A DNA stretch of 64,000 nt from an uncultured Staphylococcaceae bacterium (GCA_964507405.1 CAZDPJ010000001.1:10504-74503), one strand, 5' to 3'. Counted from the first letter of the stretch, positions 1 to 10,133 are shown. Numbers and translations are program-made. Notes: a model not told the origin generated them from the letters alone.

Positions 1-1379
1 TTTTTAATTTTTTCTTTATCTTTTTTTATAACATCTTCTGAATTATCAAATAGATTTAATTGTTTAATATGAGGAATAAATTTATATTCATTAGCATTTA
101 TCAAGATACTTGCACATATATTAATTCGCCTAACTAATAAGTCAGGATTAACAATTTTTTCATATAAACTAACAATGGCATTCATTAACTCAACTGTTGA
201 TGAAGTATAATCTTCTAGATTAATACTTCCATGAACTCCTTTTGGTACGCTTCTTCCATAAAAGTCAGTATCGACCATTACATCATATTTACGAATTAAG
301 TCATCTTTTAAAAGTCCTTCATTATCATATGCTATAGAAAGAGTTAATTGACTAGTTAATAAACCTTTTTCAACTAAATCAAGTGATAAAAGTTCAGTCA
401 TTTCTTTTACAATTAGTTTAGCTTTTTTAAAATCATACCCACAAGATAAAACTTGACCCGTAGATACACTTTTAGATTTAGGTTTATACATTTTAACATC
501 TTCAATTGTTACTGGTTCAATTCCCCAAGCATGGTCAATTAAAAGTTCAGCATTAATTCCAAATTCTTTATATAACAAATCTTCATTATATGGATCACTC
601 ACCGAACCAACAGAACATTTAGCAATATCACCCATTGTATAAAGTCCAAGCATTTCTAACCTTTTTACATAACCTGCTCCAACTCTCCAAAAGTCTTTTA
701 ATGGTTTATGCGACCATAATTTTTCTCTATAACTTTGTTCATCAAGTTCTGCTATTCTTACTCCATCTTTATCGGCCGGCATTTTTTTCGCAACAATATC
801 CATAGCAACTTTCGCAAGATACATATTTGTTCCAATACCAGCCGTCGCAGTAATCCCAGTTTCTTTTAATACATCTTTAATAATCGTGATTGCAAGATCA
901 TGAGCATTCATATTATATGTATTTAGATATTTAGTCACATCCATAAATACTTCATCAATAGAGTAAACATGAATATCATCAGCACCAATATACTTTAAAT
1001 ATATTCCATATATTTTTGAACTAACCTCAATATAATGAGCCATTTTAGGGGTTGCGACAACATAGGATAATTCTAAGAATGGATTATTCATAACCTCAGT
1101 AATGTTAAATGATTTACCTGAAAAGTTTTGATTATTAATTTTTTTTAATCTTTCTTTATTAATTTCTTTAACTTTTTCTTTTACTTCAAATAATCGAGGT
1201 CTACTTGAAACCCCAACTGATTTTAAGGAAGGTGTCACCGCTAAACAAATAGTTTTATCAGTACGAGATTGGTCAGCAACAACTAAATTAGTTGTTAATG
1301 GATCCAGCTTACGATCTACACATTCAACAGAAGCATAAAATGATTTTAAATCAATACATACATAAGTTCTATTATTCAT
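1..1379 (-). CDS. Y-family DNA polymerase (DinB/UmuC-like), 3' end runs off window
   Basis: Minus-strand ORF starting at ATG 1379 with GGAGG RBS; N-term MNNRTYVCIDLKSFYASVEC typical of UmuC/DinB; open to position 1 (~459 aa seen). Confidence 0.8.
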   Translation of the reverse strand, partial: MNNRTYVCIDLKSFYASVECVDRKLDPLTTNLVVADQSRTDKTICLAVTPSLKSVGVSSRPRLFEVKEKVKEINKERLKKINNQNFSGKSFNITEVMNNPFLELSYVVATPKMAHYIEVSSKIYGIYLKYIGADDIHVYSIDEVFMDVTKYLNTYNMNAHDLAITIIKDVLKETGITATAGIGTNMYLAKVAMDIVAKKMPADKDGVRIAELDEQSYREKLWSHKPLKDFWRVGAGYVKRLEMLGLYTMGDIAKCSVGSVSDPYNEDLLYKEFGINAELLIDHAWGIEPVTIEDVKMYKPKSKSVSTGQVLSCGYDFKKAKLIVKEMTELLSLDLVEKGLLTSQLTLSIAYDNEGLLKDDLIRKYDVMVDTDFYGRSVPKGVHGSINLEDYTSSTVELMNAIVSLYEKIVNPDLLVRRINICASILINANEYKFIPHIKQLNLFDNSEDVIKKDKEKIK

Positions 1380-1551
1380 TTTATTGCCTCCTTTTAATTT
1401 TATATTTATATTATTTTCAATAAAACATATATAATACATGTTATTTTGGTATATATTAGTATACCATTTTTCTTCTATTTTTTTTATATTTTTACATTAT
1501 TTTAACAATGATTACATTATATTATCGAAAAAAAATAAAGTGTAAAACACT

Positions 1552-2205
1552 TTATTTTAAATATTTAATTTCTTTTCCAGTTATTACTTCAAAGTGATAT
1601 TTAGCAATACCTAAATCAATTTTACTATAAAAGCCTTTTTTAGTTTTTATTGTAACTAAATCATTATCATATGTAAAGAAAAACTTTTGTTGATTCATTG
1701 CTGTAGGAGCTAGTAATGCGGCTGCCACGCCATTTTTAAACCAAAGAGGAGTATCATTACTTATATTACTCACTTGTTCAACTGTTTTTATTTTATGTTC
1801 TGCACCACTAGTTTTTCCATAACCTAAGGCAAGGACGCAATAAATTTTTTCACCTTTTTCTTTAGATACTTTAGCTTTTCCTTTTCCATATGTCATTGCT
1901 ACCCAGCATGAATTAAGTCCTAATTCTTGAGCTTTAAGAACTATTTTTTCACCATAATACCCAATTTCTACGTCCTTATTTTTTGTTGCAACTAATGCGA
2001 TATAATTAGTTACTCCTTCAAATTTACCATAATGAGCCATAAATGTATTAAAGGCTTTTGGTTCATCAAAACATGCTTGAATATGCAAATTGGCATTTCC
2101 ATTAATTTCTTTAATTAATTGTTCTAATTGTTCTTTCTTTTCTAGTTCAATTTCCTTTTCATAATAACTTCTAACTGAATGTCTTTGTTTCATTAATTCT
2201 AGCAT
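1552..2205 (-). CDS. nitroreductase family protein
   Basis: 217 aa; RHSVRSY N-terminal motif and overall nitroreductase-like layout; last gene of marR-ABC-nitroreductase operon. Confidence 0.7.
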   Translation of the reverse strand: MLELMKQRHSVRSYYEKEIELEKKEQLEQLIKEINGNANLHIQACFDEPKAFNTFMAHYGKFEGVTNYIALVATKNKDVEIGYYGEKIVLKAQELGLNSCWVAMTYGKGKAKVSKEKGEKIYCVLALGYGKTSGAEHKIKTVEQVSNISNDTPLWFKNGVAAALLAPTAMNQQKFFFTYDNDLVTIKTKKGFYSKIDLGIAKYHFEVITGKEIKYLK

Positions 2206-2220
2206 TTTTATTTACTCCTT

Positions 2221-4863
2221 TTATTCTGTTCTTAAAGCAACTACCGGATCTTTTTTAGCCGCAAGTCTTGCTGGAACAAGTCCAGATATTGATGTAAGTA
2301 AAATGCTTATTAATATCATTATAATTGCTGTGGAAATTGGTAAAGTTGCAATTGTATAAATGCCACTAATACTACCAACTATTAAATTAATCATACCAGA
2401 TAATAAGTATGTAACTAAAATACCAATAATACCAGATATCGCTCCAATAATAAATGCCTCAGCATTAAATAATCTTGATACATCTTTCTTTCTACCACCA
2501 AGTGAACGGATAACACCTATTTCTTTTACCCTTTCAATTACTGATACATATGTAATAATCGCAATCATAACAGTTGAAACAACAAGTGATAGTGCTGTAA
2601 AGGATACAAGAGCAATGGTAACAATTTGAATTAAATTATTGACTACACCAATAATTATTTCTAAATTATCAGTATGAGTAATATTATCTCTTGTTTCTGC
2701 TTTTATTAAATTATCATTTACAATAATATCTTCATCACTATTCCATATTTTTAAATAATCAGTTACTAAATCTTTATTATCAAAATCAATTGGATAAATT
2801 CTAATTGTACTAGGAAGTGCAACTCCACCTAAATCACGAAGACTTAAAGTATATAATTCAACTGCTTCTGTTCCACTCATTGAACTAAGTAAGTTACTAA
2901 TTGATGATGTTGAACCAACAAAACCAGTAACATCTTCATATAATTTATCCTCAAAGCTGTATGAAATATTATAAGTTATACCGCCAACTGTTCCTTTATA
3001 AATTCCTGAACTATATGCATCTTGATTAGTATTATTAAGATATCTAACAATTTTAGAATCTACACCATCACTAATCATTTGATTAGTTAAGGCTTCAGTA
3101 TAATACATACCAGTAGATAAAGTAGGATAATTAAGTCCTTCTTTAGGTCTTACAATACAAGTTATTTTTAATTCAATTCCATCATCCCAGTCACCTTCAT
3201 AAGCATTATATGTAAATGGTGATAATGTATTGACGGGCGTTGTAACATTATAAATAGTATCGTTAGGATAATAAGTAAAAGTTTTTCCTAATAATTCATC
3301 AAAGGTAAATTGACTTTTATCAAGGGAAGGATCATAATTTTCATCATCAGCAGCTTTATAACAAATATTAAAGAATTCATTTTGTGAATAATATCCTAAT
3401 TTACCAAGTAATAAATCCGTCACTGTTTCATTTTTGTCAACTACAAGCATAATTTCATTGGCTTTAGTTGGAATATAGCTATTATTTTTATCTGAAATAA
3501 TATCATATTGAGACAAAATAAAATCAGTATTATTAGGAAGTTGTGAAAATGAATCATCTAATGAAGAAACATATGATGCATATTGTTTTAATTCAGTATT
3601 TTTTAGCATACATGTATATAGATATTCAATTGAAGATAAAGACATTCTTTGGTCTCCATAATGATCTAGATTAATATTTGTATATAAATTATTCTTTATA
3701 TCAATTCCATAATACATTGACATTGCGCGATAATATTCAGTAGGCATATTATTTATAAAGTCAATATACTCATTTGTAATATTATTATTAATTAATGCTG
3801 AACTTGCTATTTTACTTCTTTCAACTAAATAATTAATATAATAATCAACATCAATTATTCCGTCATTTAAGGCGTATTTTAGGCCTTCTTCTTGAGTTTT
3901 TCTTGATGTACTATTAATTATTGAGCTTAAGTCCATTGTCTCTTCACTAATGGTAATTGGGTTTCCTGATAACATATCAGTTTGCATATCATCGATATAT
4001 CCTGTTACACCATTAGATACCGAAAGCACCGTAGCAACCCCAATAATGCCAATTGAACCAGCAATACATACCATTAATGTTCTTTTAAATTTAGATTTCA
4101 AATTTCTAGCTGATAGTTTAAAGGCATTCCAAAATGATAATTTAGATTTCTTTTCATTTTCTTCTTTTTTTGTCTCTTCTTCTTCATTATAAGGATTAGA
4201 ATCAGAAATGACTTTTCCATCTAAAAGTTTTATCATTCTTGTTGAATATTTTTCAGCAAGTTCAGGATTATGAGTAACCATTATAACTAAACGGTCATTA
4301 CTAATTTCTTTAATAAGTTCCATAATTTGTACACTTGTTGCAGTATCAAGAGCACCAGTTGGTTCATCAGCAAGTAAGATATCAGGTTCATTAACTAAAG
4401 CTCTCGCAATAGCTACTCTTTGGCACTGTCCTCCTGATAATTGATTAGGTTTTTTATTATATTGATTAGCAAGACCTACTCTATCTAATGCTTTTTTAGC
4501 ACGTGAAACTCTTTCTTCCTTACTTGCTCCTCCAATAGTTAAAGCTAGTTCTACATTTTCAAGAATCGTTTGATGAGGAATTAAATTATAACTTTGAAAT
4601 ATAAATCCAATTTTATGATTTCTGTAAGTATCAAAATCACGATCAGTATATTTTTTAGTAGATACTCCATTAATAAAAAGTTCTCCACTTGAATAATGAT
4701 CTAATCCCCCAATAATATTTAGTAATGTTGTTTTTCCACAGCCCGATGGTCCTAAGATAGAAACAAACTCACATTTTCTAAATGAAATACTAACTTCTTT
4801 CAATGCTTCAACTTTAGTATCAGCAACGACATAATCTTTTGAAATTTTATTTAATCTTAACAT
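2221..4863 (-). CDS. MacB-like ABC transporter, fused ATP-binding domain and FtsX-type permease with large extracytoplasmic domain
   Basis: 880 aa; Walker A GPSGCGKTT, signature LSGGQ, C-terminal 4-TM FtsX-like permease; 15 nt from marR, 16 nt from nitroreductase. Confidence 0.85.
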   Translation of the reverse strand: MLRLNKISKDYVVADTKVEALKEVSISFRKCEFVSILGPSGCGKTTLLNIIGGLDHYSSGELFINGVSTKKYTDRDFDTYRNHKIGFIFQSYNLIPHQTILENVELALTIGGASKEERVSRAKKALDRVGLANQYNKKPNQLSGGQCQRVAIARALVNEPDILLADEPTGALDTATSVQIMELIKEISNDRLVIMVTHNPELAEKYSTRMIKLLDGKVISDSNPYNEEEETKKEENEKKSKLSFWNAFKLSARNLKSKFKRTLMVCIAGSIGIIGVATVLSVSNGVTGYIDDMQTDMLSGNPITISEETMDLSSIINSTSRKTQEEGLKYALNDGIIDVDYYINYLVERSKIASSALINNNITNEYIDFINNMPTEYYRAMSMYYGIDIKNNLYTNINLDHYGDQRMSLSSIEYLYTCMLKNTELKQYASYVSSLDDSFSQLPNNTDFILSQYDIISDKNNSYIPTKANEIMLVVDKNETVTDLLLGKLGYYSQNEFFNICYKAADDENYDPSLDKSQFTFDELLGKTFTYYPNDTIYNVTTPVNTLSPFTYNAYEGDWDDGIELKITCIVRPKEGLNYPTLSTGMYYTEALTNQMISDGVDSKIVRYLNNTNQDAYSSGIYKGTVGGITYNISYSFEDKLYEDVTGFVGSTSSISNLLSSMSGTEAVELYTLSLRDLGGVALPSTIRIYPIDFDNKDLVTDYLKIWNSDEDIIVNDNLIKAETRDNITHTDNLEIIIGVVNNLIQIVTIALVSFTALSLVVSTVMIAIITYVSVIERVKEIGVIRSLGGRKKDVSRLFNAEAFIIGAISGIIGILVTYLLSGMINLIVGSISGIYTIATLPISTAIIMILISILLTSISGLVPARLAAKKDPVVALRTE

Positions 4864-4877
4864 TCATTTACCCCCTT

Positions 4878-5306
4878 TTATTCATCTAGTGTTAGTTTCA
4901 TATTTTTAATCTTATAAATAATACTTATTAACTTGTTAATTTCATCTTCATCTAAAGATTCTAATATAGAATTAAATAGTATAAGTAATTTAGTTTCTCT
5001 TATACTTAGGACTTTAAGCCCAGTTTCAGTTAGCTCAACTACTGTTTTTCTACGGTCATTTTTTGATTTATGTTTTTTTACATATTTTTTTCTTTCAAGT
5101 GTATTTAAAGCAACCGCTACTCTTGCTGTGCTAATATTTAACTCTGAAGCAATATCTCCAGCAATAATTTCACCAGAATGATCTCTAATTACTTTTAAAA
5201 TGAGATATAATCCTTTATATCCTTCTTCTAAAGTATTGATGATTTTTCTATATGTTTCACCTTTAAATCCATCAAGAATTAGACTTATATATTTATCATT
5301 ATCCAT
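4878..5306 (-). CDS. MarR family transcriptional regulator
   Basis: 142 aa winged-helix MarR-like; first gene of operon, perfect palindrome operator candidate just upstream. Confidence 0.8.
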   Translation of the reverse strand: MDNDKYISLILDGFKGETYRKIINTLEEGYKGLYLILKVIRDHSGEIIAGDIASELNISTARVAVALNTLERKKYVKKHKSKNDRRKTVVELTETGLKVLSIRETKLLILFNSILESLDEDEINKLISIIYKIKNMKLTLDE

Positions 5307-5320
5307 AACATCACCTTTTT

Positions 5321-5337
5321 ATCTAACACTGTTAGAT
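5321..5337. promoter_or_regulatory. perfect 8-1-8 palindrome ATCTAACA-C-TGTTAGAT between putative -10 (tgtataat) and RBS of marR; candidate MarR operator
   Basis: read directly from sequence; 15 nt upstream of marR start. Confidence 0.4.
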
Positions 5338-5449
5338 ATTATACACTATTGTTTATAATAATGCAAGAATAATGATAAAAACTCATCTTTTTAGATAACG
5401 TGTATAACATTAAAACTGTTAATAAAAAGAAGAATGAAAATAAGTAAAA

Positions 5450-5471
5450 GGCTAGGATGAAAATCCTAGCC
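5450..5471 (-). terminator. intrinsic terminator hairpin (GGCTAGGA-loop-TCCTAGCC) followed by T-rich tract on minus strand
   Basis: perfect 8-bp stem; homologous copy at 6645-6665. Confidence 0.5.
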
Positions 5472-5589
5472 CTTAATATTATGACTATATAGAAAATTTA
5501 ATTATATTTATTTTAATATTTTTTTAAAAACATAAAAATTAAGTTTTCATTAGAAATTTTTATACAATAATTGTATCTTTTAAATTTCA

Positions 5590-5880
5590 TTATTTTTTAA
5601 TAGTTAAATAGTCAATATTATTGTTTTGACAATATTGCTTAAAATTATATAACTGTTCAAAATAAATTACAATAATTTTGCCAGCTGGTTTTTCACCAAA
5701 TTGAACTATAATTACATTACTAATCTCTTCAATCCATAATTTATAATAATTATCAAAAGAATATTTTTGTTTTATTTTTTCATCACCATAATTCAATTCA
5801 AGAGATAAAAATCTACCATCAAAAATATGTTTTCTGGTAACTGACTCATTATTATTATATTTAGATAATTCTTCTGACAA
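5590..5880 (-). CDS. hypothetical protein (96 aa)
   Basis: ORF only; no recognisable domain; located between two homologous terminators. Confidence 0.3.
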   Translation of the reverse strand: MSEELSKYNNNESVTRKHIFDGRFLSLELNYGDEKIKQKYSFDNYYKLWIEEISNVIIVQFGEKPAGKIIVIYFEQLYNFKQYCQNNNIDYLTIKK

Positions 5881-6644
5881 AAATTTAATGTACTATACAT
5901 TTAAATCTCGATTTGTACATATTCAAATTTTTGTTAATATCAAATATAAAGTTAAAAAAAGGTAAAGTTAATTTAATCATTTTCTATAACTTAGTTTTAT
6001 CACATTTTTAAACAAATTTAATATTATTCTTAGTTTTATATGTTCATCTTATAAGAGTAAAGACTTTTAAATGATGTAATAATCTATCTAATATAGCATT
6101 AGTTAATATAGTACTCAAAAAGACTTCTCTCCCTTTAGATAAGTTTTTATTTGTAGTTAAATTTAATATTTCTTTTCATATCTTTTAACTAGAAGTTAAA
6201 ATAGTAAATTTAAGACTTCTATATTTAATGATAAAAAGCCTATTACATTGATACTTAGAATTTATTTTTTAGACTTAACAATACGTGTTGATAGCACAAT
6301 ATAAATAATACTGATAGAAATATATTATTCAGTCATACATTTTAATAGAATAGTAGAAAAAATATACTAAAGTCTATTAAAGTAGTACCCTTAGGGTCAT
6401 TATGAATACCAATATTAAGTTTATTTATAATACTTGTAATTCCACTTAGTATGTCATAAAGTATTATTATCAATTACTGGATAACTCCTATATAATTAGT
6501 TTTGTCTTAGGTTACTTCAACTAATTTCATCATGAATGTATTTTTACTGTAATCTAGCTGTATGTTTTTTGATAACACCTGAATATCGGGTAATTTTATA
6601 ACTTAAAAATGATACAAAGTATCATTGTTTAAGACATAATAAAA

Positions 6645-6665
6645 GGCTAGAATGAAATTCTAACC
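6645..6665 (-). terminator. intrinsic terminator hairpin (GGCTAGAAT-GAA-ATTCTAACC) downstream of DUF3899-like gene
   Basis: stem-loop homologous to 5450-5471 with compensatory base changes. Confidence 0.5.
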
Positions 6666-6678
6666 TTTAATATTATTT

Positions 6679-7053
6679 TTAAAAAAGCATTAATATTACT
6701 GATATAAGTAATCCTATAATTCCAACAAAAATATACATTGCGAATGAATAAGAACCCTTATGTGCAGCAGTTTTTCTTTCATTGTAATCATATAAATCCT
6801 CATAACCTTTACGATTACCAAATATTTTTGCAATTCCATATCCAAAGGTATTGAACGCACCAAGTTTTGTTACTAGTACTAATCCCCCAACAAAGATATC
6901 AACAAAGCCAGCGATAGTAAAAGCATCAATATAATTAACAAAATAATTAAATCCATTAATTATTAAATATAACAGTGAAAGAATTACGAAAATAGAAATT
7001 GATACAATATAAGTGATGGGTTTATGACAAAATAATTTTTTTAAAATATTCAT
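6679..7053 (-). CDS. small membrane protein, DUF3899-like
   Basis: 124 aa, two TM segments flanking a charged loop (NRKGYEDLYDYNERK); 2 nt downstream of oppF. Confidence 0.4.
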   Translation of the reverse strand: MNILKKLFCHKPITYIVSISIFVILSLLYLIINGFNYFVNYIDAFTIAGFVDIFVGGLVLVTKLGAFNTFGYGIAKIFGNRKGYEDLYDYNERKTAAHKGSYSFAMYIFVGIIGLLISVILMLF

Positions 7054-7055
7054 TA

Positions 7056-8609
7056 CTAATCCTTAATTTGTTTACGATATTCAGCAAGTTCTGCTTCATT
7101 ACAATAAACATAATGTCCAGGTCTAAGTTCTCTTAATTCAGGTTTATCAACGCTATAATCATGAATACTTGGATCATAAATTATACGTTTTCTAACTTTT
7201 TCAGATTTAGGATTAGGTTTAGGAATTGCTGAAAGAAGAGCTTTTGTATATGGATGCATTGGATTTTTGAATAATTCATCATTAGTTGTAATTTCAACAA
7301 TTTTACCAAAATACATAACAATGATACGATCACAGAAGTATTTAACTACTGATAAGTCATGCGCAATAAAGATAATAGATAATCCAAATTCTTGCTTTAA
7401 TTCATTAAGTAGGTTAATAATTTGAGCACGAATTGAAACGTCTAAGGCACTAATTGGTTCATCACAAATTAATAATTTTGGATTCATAATTAATGCTCTT
7501 GCAATACCGATTCTTTGACGTTGACCACCAGAGAATTCATGAGGATATCTAGATGCATGTTCAGCAACAAGACCTACTTTTTCAAGCATTTCAACGACTT
7601 TTTCATGATTCTTAGCACGTTGTGATAACTGTTTATCAGTTTCTTCATCATAGCCTTTAAGTTCATGAAGTTTTTCTTTATATTCAATAGTAAGTTTTGT
7701 TTTTTGTTCATCATAATTTGGATCATCTTCATTAAGATTTTTAAGTGCTTCTTTATATTCATACTTTAAAATCTTAAGTTTAGCTTTTTCATCTTTACCA
7801 CGTTGAATATTTAAACCTTCTTGAATGATATCTTCTACTGTCATTCTTGGGTCTAATGAATCAACAGGATCTTGGAAAATCATTTGAATTTCATTTAAAA
7901 GTTTTGAACTAACATGAGCATTATCATACTTGATTTGTTTAATTTTAGCTTTTTGAGTTTTAACAATTTCACTTGTTTCTTCTCTAATTTTCTTGATTTG
8001 TTCATCAATTCTAGAATTAATTTCATCAACTTTTGCTGTATATGAGCCATCTGCACTATCAAGTTCACTTATTAAAGATTCTCTTTCTTTATTAAGCTCT
8101 TTAATTTGATTTTTAGCTTTAATTCTTTTCCACTTAATTTCTTTTTCATTCCATCTTTTACCTGCAGAAATTCTAACTCCACGATAATAAATAGAACCAG
8201 ATGTAATATCATATAGTTTAATAATTGAACGACCTGTTGTTGTTTTACCACAACCAGATTCACCAACGATACCTATACATTCACCTTCATATAAATCAAA
8301 TGAAATATTAGATACAGCTTTTAAATGAGTGTGTTTTAATGCTGAACCAAATGTAAAGAATTGTTTTAAATGTCTTACTGATAATAAAATATTTTTATCT
8401 CTTAATTCTGGTATATTTTTAACTTTAGGATTAACATGATAAAATTTATTAAATTCATTAATACTTGCGAAATCAGGATGATTATTACTTTTAACAACTG
8501 AATCTTCTTTTTCATCTTCATGATCATCGCTTATTTGTTTAATTTGATCATCAAGGATAACATCAATATATTCATCTTCAGCATGATAATTTTGATTTTT
8601 AGTTGCCAT
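7056..8609 (-). CDS. oppF: oligopeptide ABC transporter ATP-binding protein OppF with two long Lys/Glu-rich insertions
   Basis: Walker A GESGCGKTT, Q-loop IFQDP, signature FSGGQRQR, C-terminal oligopeptide/dipeptide tail; insertions before and after Q-loop. Confidence 0.8.
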   Translation of the reverse strand: MATKNQNYHAEDEYIDVILDDQIKQISDDHEDEKEDSVVKSNNHPDFASINEFNKFYHVNPKVKNIPELRDKNILLSVRHLKQFFTFGSALKHTHLKAVSNISFDLYEGECIGIVGESGCGKTTTGRSIIKLYDITSGSIYYRGVRISAGKRWNEKEIKWKRIKAKNQIKELNKERESLISELDSADGSYTAKVDEINSRIDEQIKKIREETSEIVKTQKAKIKQIKYDNAHVSSKLLNEIQMIFQDPVDSLDPRMTVEDIIQEGLNIQRGKDEKAKLKILKYEYKEALKNLNEDDPNYDEQKTKLTIEYKEKLHELKGYDEETDKQLSQRAKNHEKVVEMLEKVGLVAEHASRYPHEFSGGQRQRIGIARALIMNPKLLICDEPISALDVSIRAQIINLLNELKQEFGLSIIFIAHDLSVVKYFCDRIIVMYFGKIVEITTNDELFKNPMHPYTKALLSAIPKPNPKSEKVRKRIIYDPSIHDYSVDKPELRELRPGHYVYCNEAELAEYRKQIKD

Positions 8610-10131
8610 TGCTATGATCCTCCTTTAATGCAATTTTAATTCTTTCAGATACAATCTTTGGCATTTCTACTTTTGGAGCTCTAGGATCTAGTAGCCATGT
8701 TGCCGCATAATGAGTATCAGTTACCTTAAATAGTGGTGGTTCAGCTTTATAGTCAACAGCCATTGCATATTTACTACGAGGAGCGAACGCATCACCAACA
8801 GGCGGATAAATCATGTTTGGTGGAGTACCAGGAATTGCTTCTAGTTTTTCTTTACTATCAACATCAGGAATACTTGATAGAAGTGCCCAAGTATATGGAT
8901 GACGAGGATCATAGAATACTTCTTCAGCAGTACCATATTCTACAATTTTACCAGCATACATAACAGCAACTCTATCTGCCATATTAGCAACAACACCAAG
9001 GTCATGAGTAATAAATATACATGATAAGTTACGGTCTTTCTTTAATTTGTTGATTAATTCAAGAATTTGAGCTTGAATAGTAACGTCAAGTGCAGTTGTA
9101 GGTTCATCACAAATTAAGATATCAGGAGTTGCAGTTAAAGCTATCGCGATAACAATACGTTGTCTCATACCACCAGAGAATTCAAATGGATATTGACGGA
9201 AACGCTTTTCAGGCATTGGAATACCAACTTCACGCATTATTTCAATTGCTCTACGTTTTGCTTCTGCTTTAGTAATTTTTGTTTTATCAATAAATTCTTT
9301 TTTAATATCTTTTAATTTTTGTTTAGCTTCTGCTTTTAATTTTGCAATTTCTTCACTTGCATAATTAGATTCTAAAGTAACTAATTTTTCTTCAAGTTCT
9401 GCTTTTACTTGAGCAGTTTTATCAACATATTCTTCTTTAATTTTATGTTTATATTCTGCAACTTTTTCTTTCGCATTACTTTTACTTTCTTTTAAGTTTG
9501 CTTTAAATTCTGGAAGTGTTTCTTTTAACTTAGCATTAATTTCTTTAACTTCAACTTTTACTTGATTTTTTCTTTCTTTTAGTTGTTCTTTTAGTGCCAC
9601 AACTTCATCAGGAGTAGCAGTTTCTATTTTCTTTAGGCATTCAGCTTCAAAAATTTCATAATTAGAAGTAACTTTTTTAATTTTGATTTTAGCATGAGCA
9701 ATTTCATTTTTATAAGCTATTAATTCTTTTGAAATTAATTCATCATACATTTGTTTTAATTTATTTGAATTAATTAAAGTTGCTTCAGTTATTTGTTTTC
9801 CAATTCTAACAATTGGATTTAAACTAGATAGTGGGTCTTGGAAAATCATTCCAATTTTATGCCCACGAATCTTATAAAACTCTTCTTCAGATACTTCAAG
9901 TAAGTTTTCACCTTCATACATAATACTACCACTTTCAATGATAGCATTATTAGCTAAGATTTGCATGATTGCTTTTGATGTAACAGATTTACCAGAACCA
10001 GACTCACCAACGATACAAAGTGTTTCACCTTCATATAAATCAAAAGAAATATTACGAACAGCTTTAACAAGACCATGGTCAGTTTTAAAGGTTATTTTTA
10101 AATCTTTGACTTCAAGTTTTTTATTAGCCAT
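8599..10131 (-). CDS. oppD: oligopeptide ABC transporter ATP-binding protein OppD with ~200-aa coiled-coil insertion
   Basis: Walker A GESGSGKS, Q-loop IFQDP, signature FSGGMRQR, C-terminal Opp tail; insertion between Q-loop and signature. Confidence 0.8.
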   Translation of the reverse strand: MANKKLEVKDLKITFKTDHGLVKAVRNISFDLYEGETLCIVGESGSGKSVTSKAIMQILANNAIIESGSIMYEGENLLEVSEEEFYKIRGHKIGMIFQDPLSSLNPIVRIGKQITEATLINSNKLKQMYDELISKELIAYKNEIAHAKIKIKKVTSNYEIFEAECLKKIETATPDEVVALKEQLKERKNQVKVEVKEINAKLKETLPEFKANLKESKSNAKEKVAEYKHKIKEEYVDKTAQVKAELEEKLVTLESNYASEEIAKLKAEAKQKLKDIKKEFIDKTKITKAEAKRRAIEIMREVGIPMPEKRFRQYPFEFSGGMRQRIVIAIALTATPDILICDEPTTALDVTIQAQILELINKLKKDRNLSCIFITHDLGVVANMADRVAVMYAGKIVEYGTAEEVFYDPRHPYTWALLSSIPDVDSKEKLEAIPGTPPNMIYPPVGDAFAPRSKYAMAVDYKAEPPLFKVTDTHYAATWLLDPRAPKVEMPKIVSERIKIALKEDHSNGN

Positions 10132-10133
10132 TC

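Noticed and set aside
2360-4192. Plus-strand ORFs (89 aa and 80 aa) nested antisense inside the MacB-like ABC gene
   Set aside because: They lie fully inside a strongly supported long CDS, have no RBS, and have low-complexity hydrophobic translations typical of antisense AT-rich sequence.
1-5900. Possibility that the Y-family polymerase / nitroreductase / ABC / MarR segment is part of an integrative mobile element
   Set aside because: No integrase, relaxase, transposase, att-like direct repeats or tRNA target was seen in the window. Y-family polymerases are common on ICEs, but that alone is insufficient.
6330-6488. 52-codon TTG-initiated minus-strand ORF with AGGAG 11 nt upstream inside the 800-bp orphan region
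   Set aside because: The spacer is longer than optimal. The chance of a stop-free 52-codon run somewhere in an 800-bp AT-rich region across six frames is about 1. There is no conservation evidence.
7574-8266. Short same-strand and alternative-frame ORFs inside oppF (62 aa and 64 aa) and inside oppD (8733-8963, 9938-10162)
   Set aside because: They overlap well-supported ABC ATPase genes. Their Lys/Asn-rich translations reflect the K/E-rich coiled-coil insert read out of frame.
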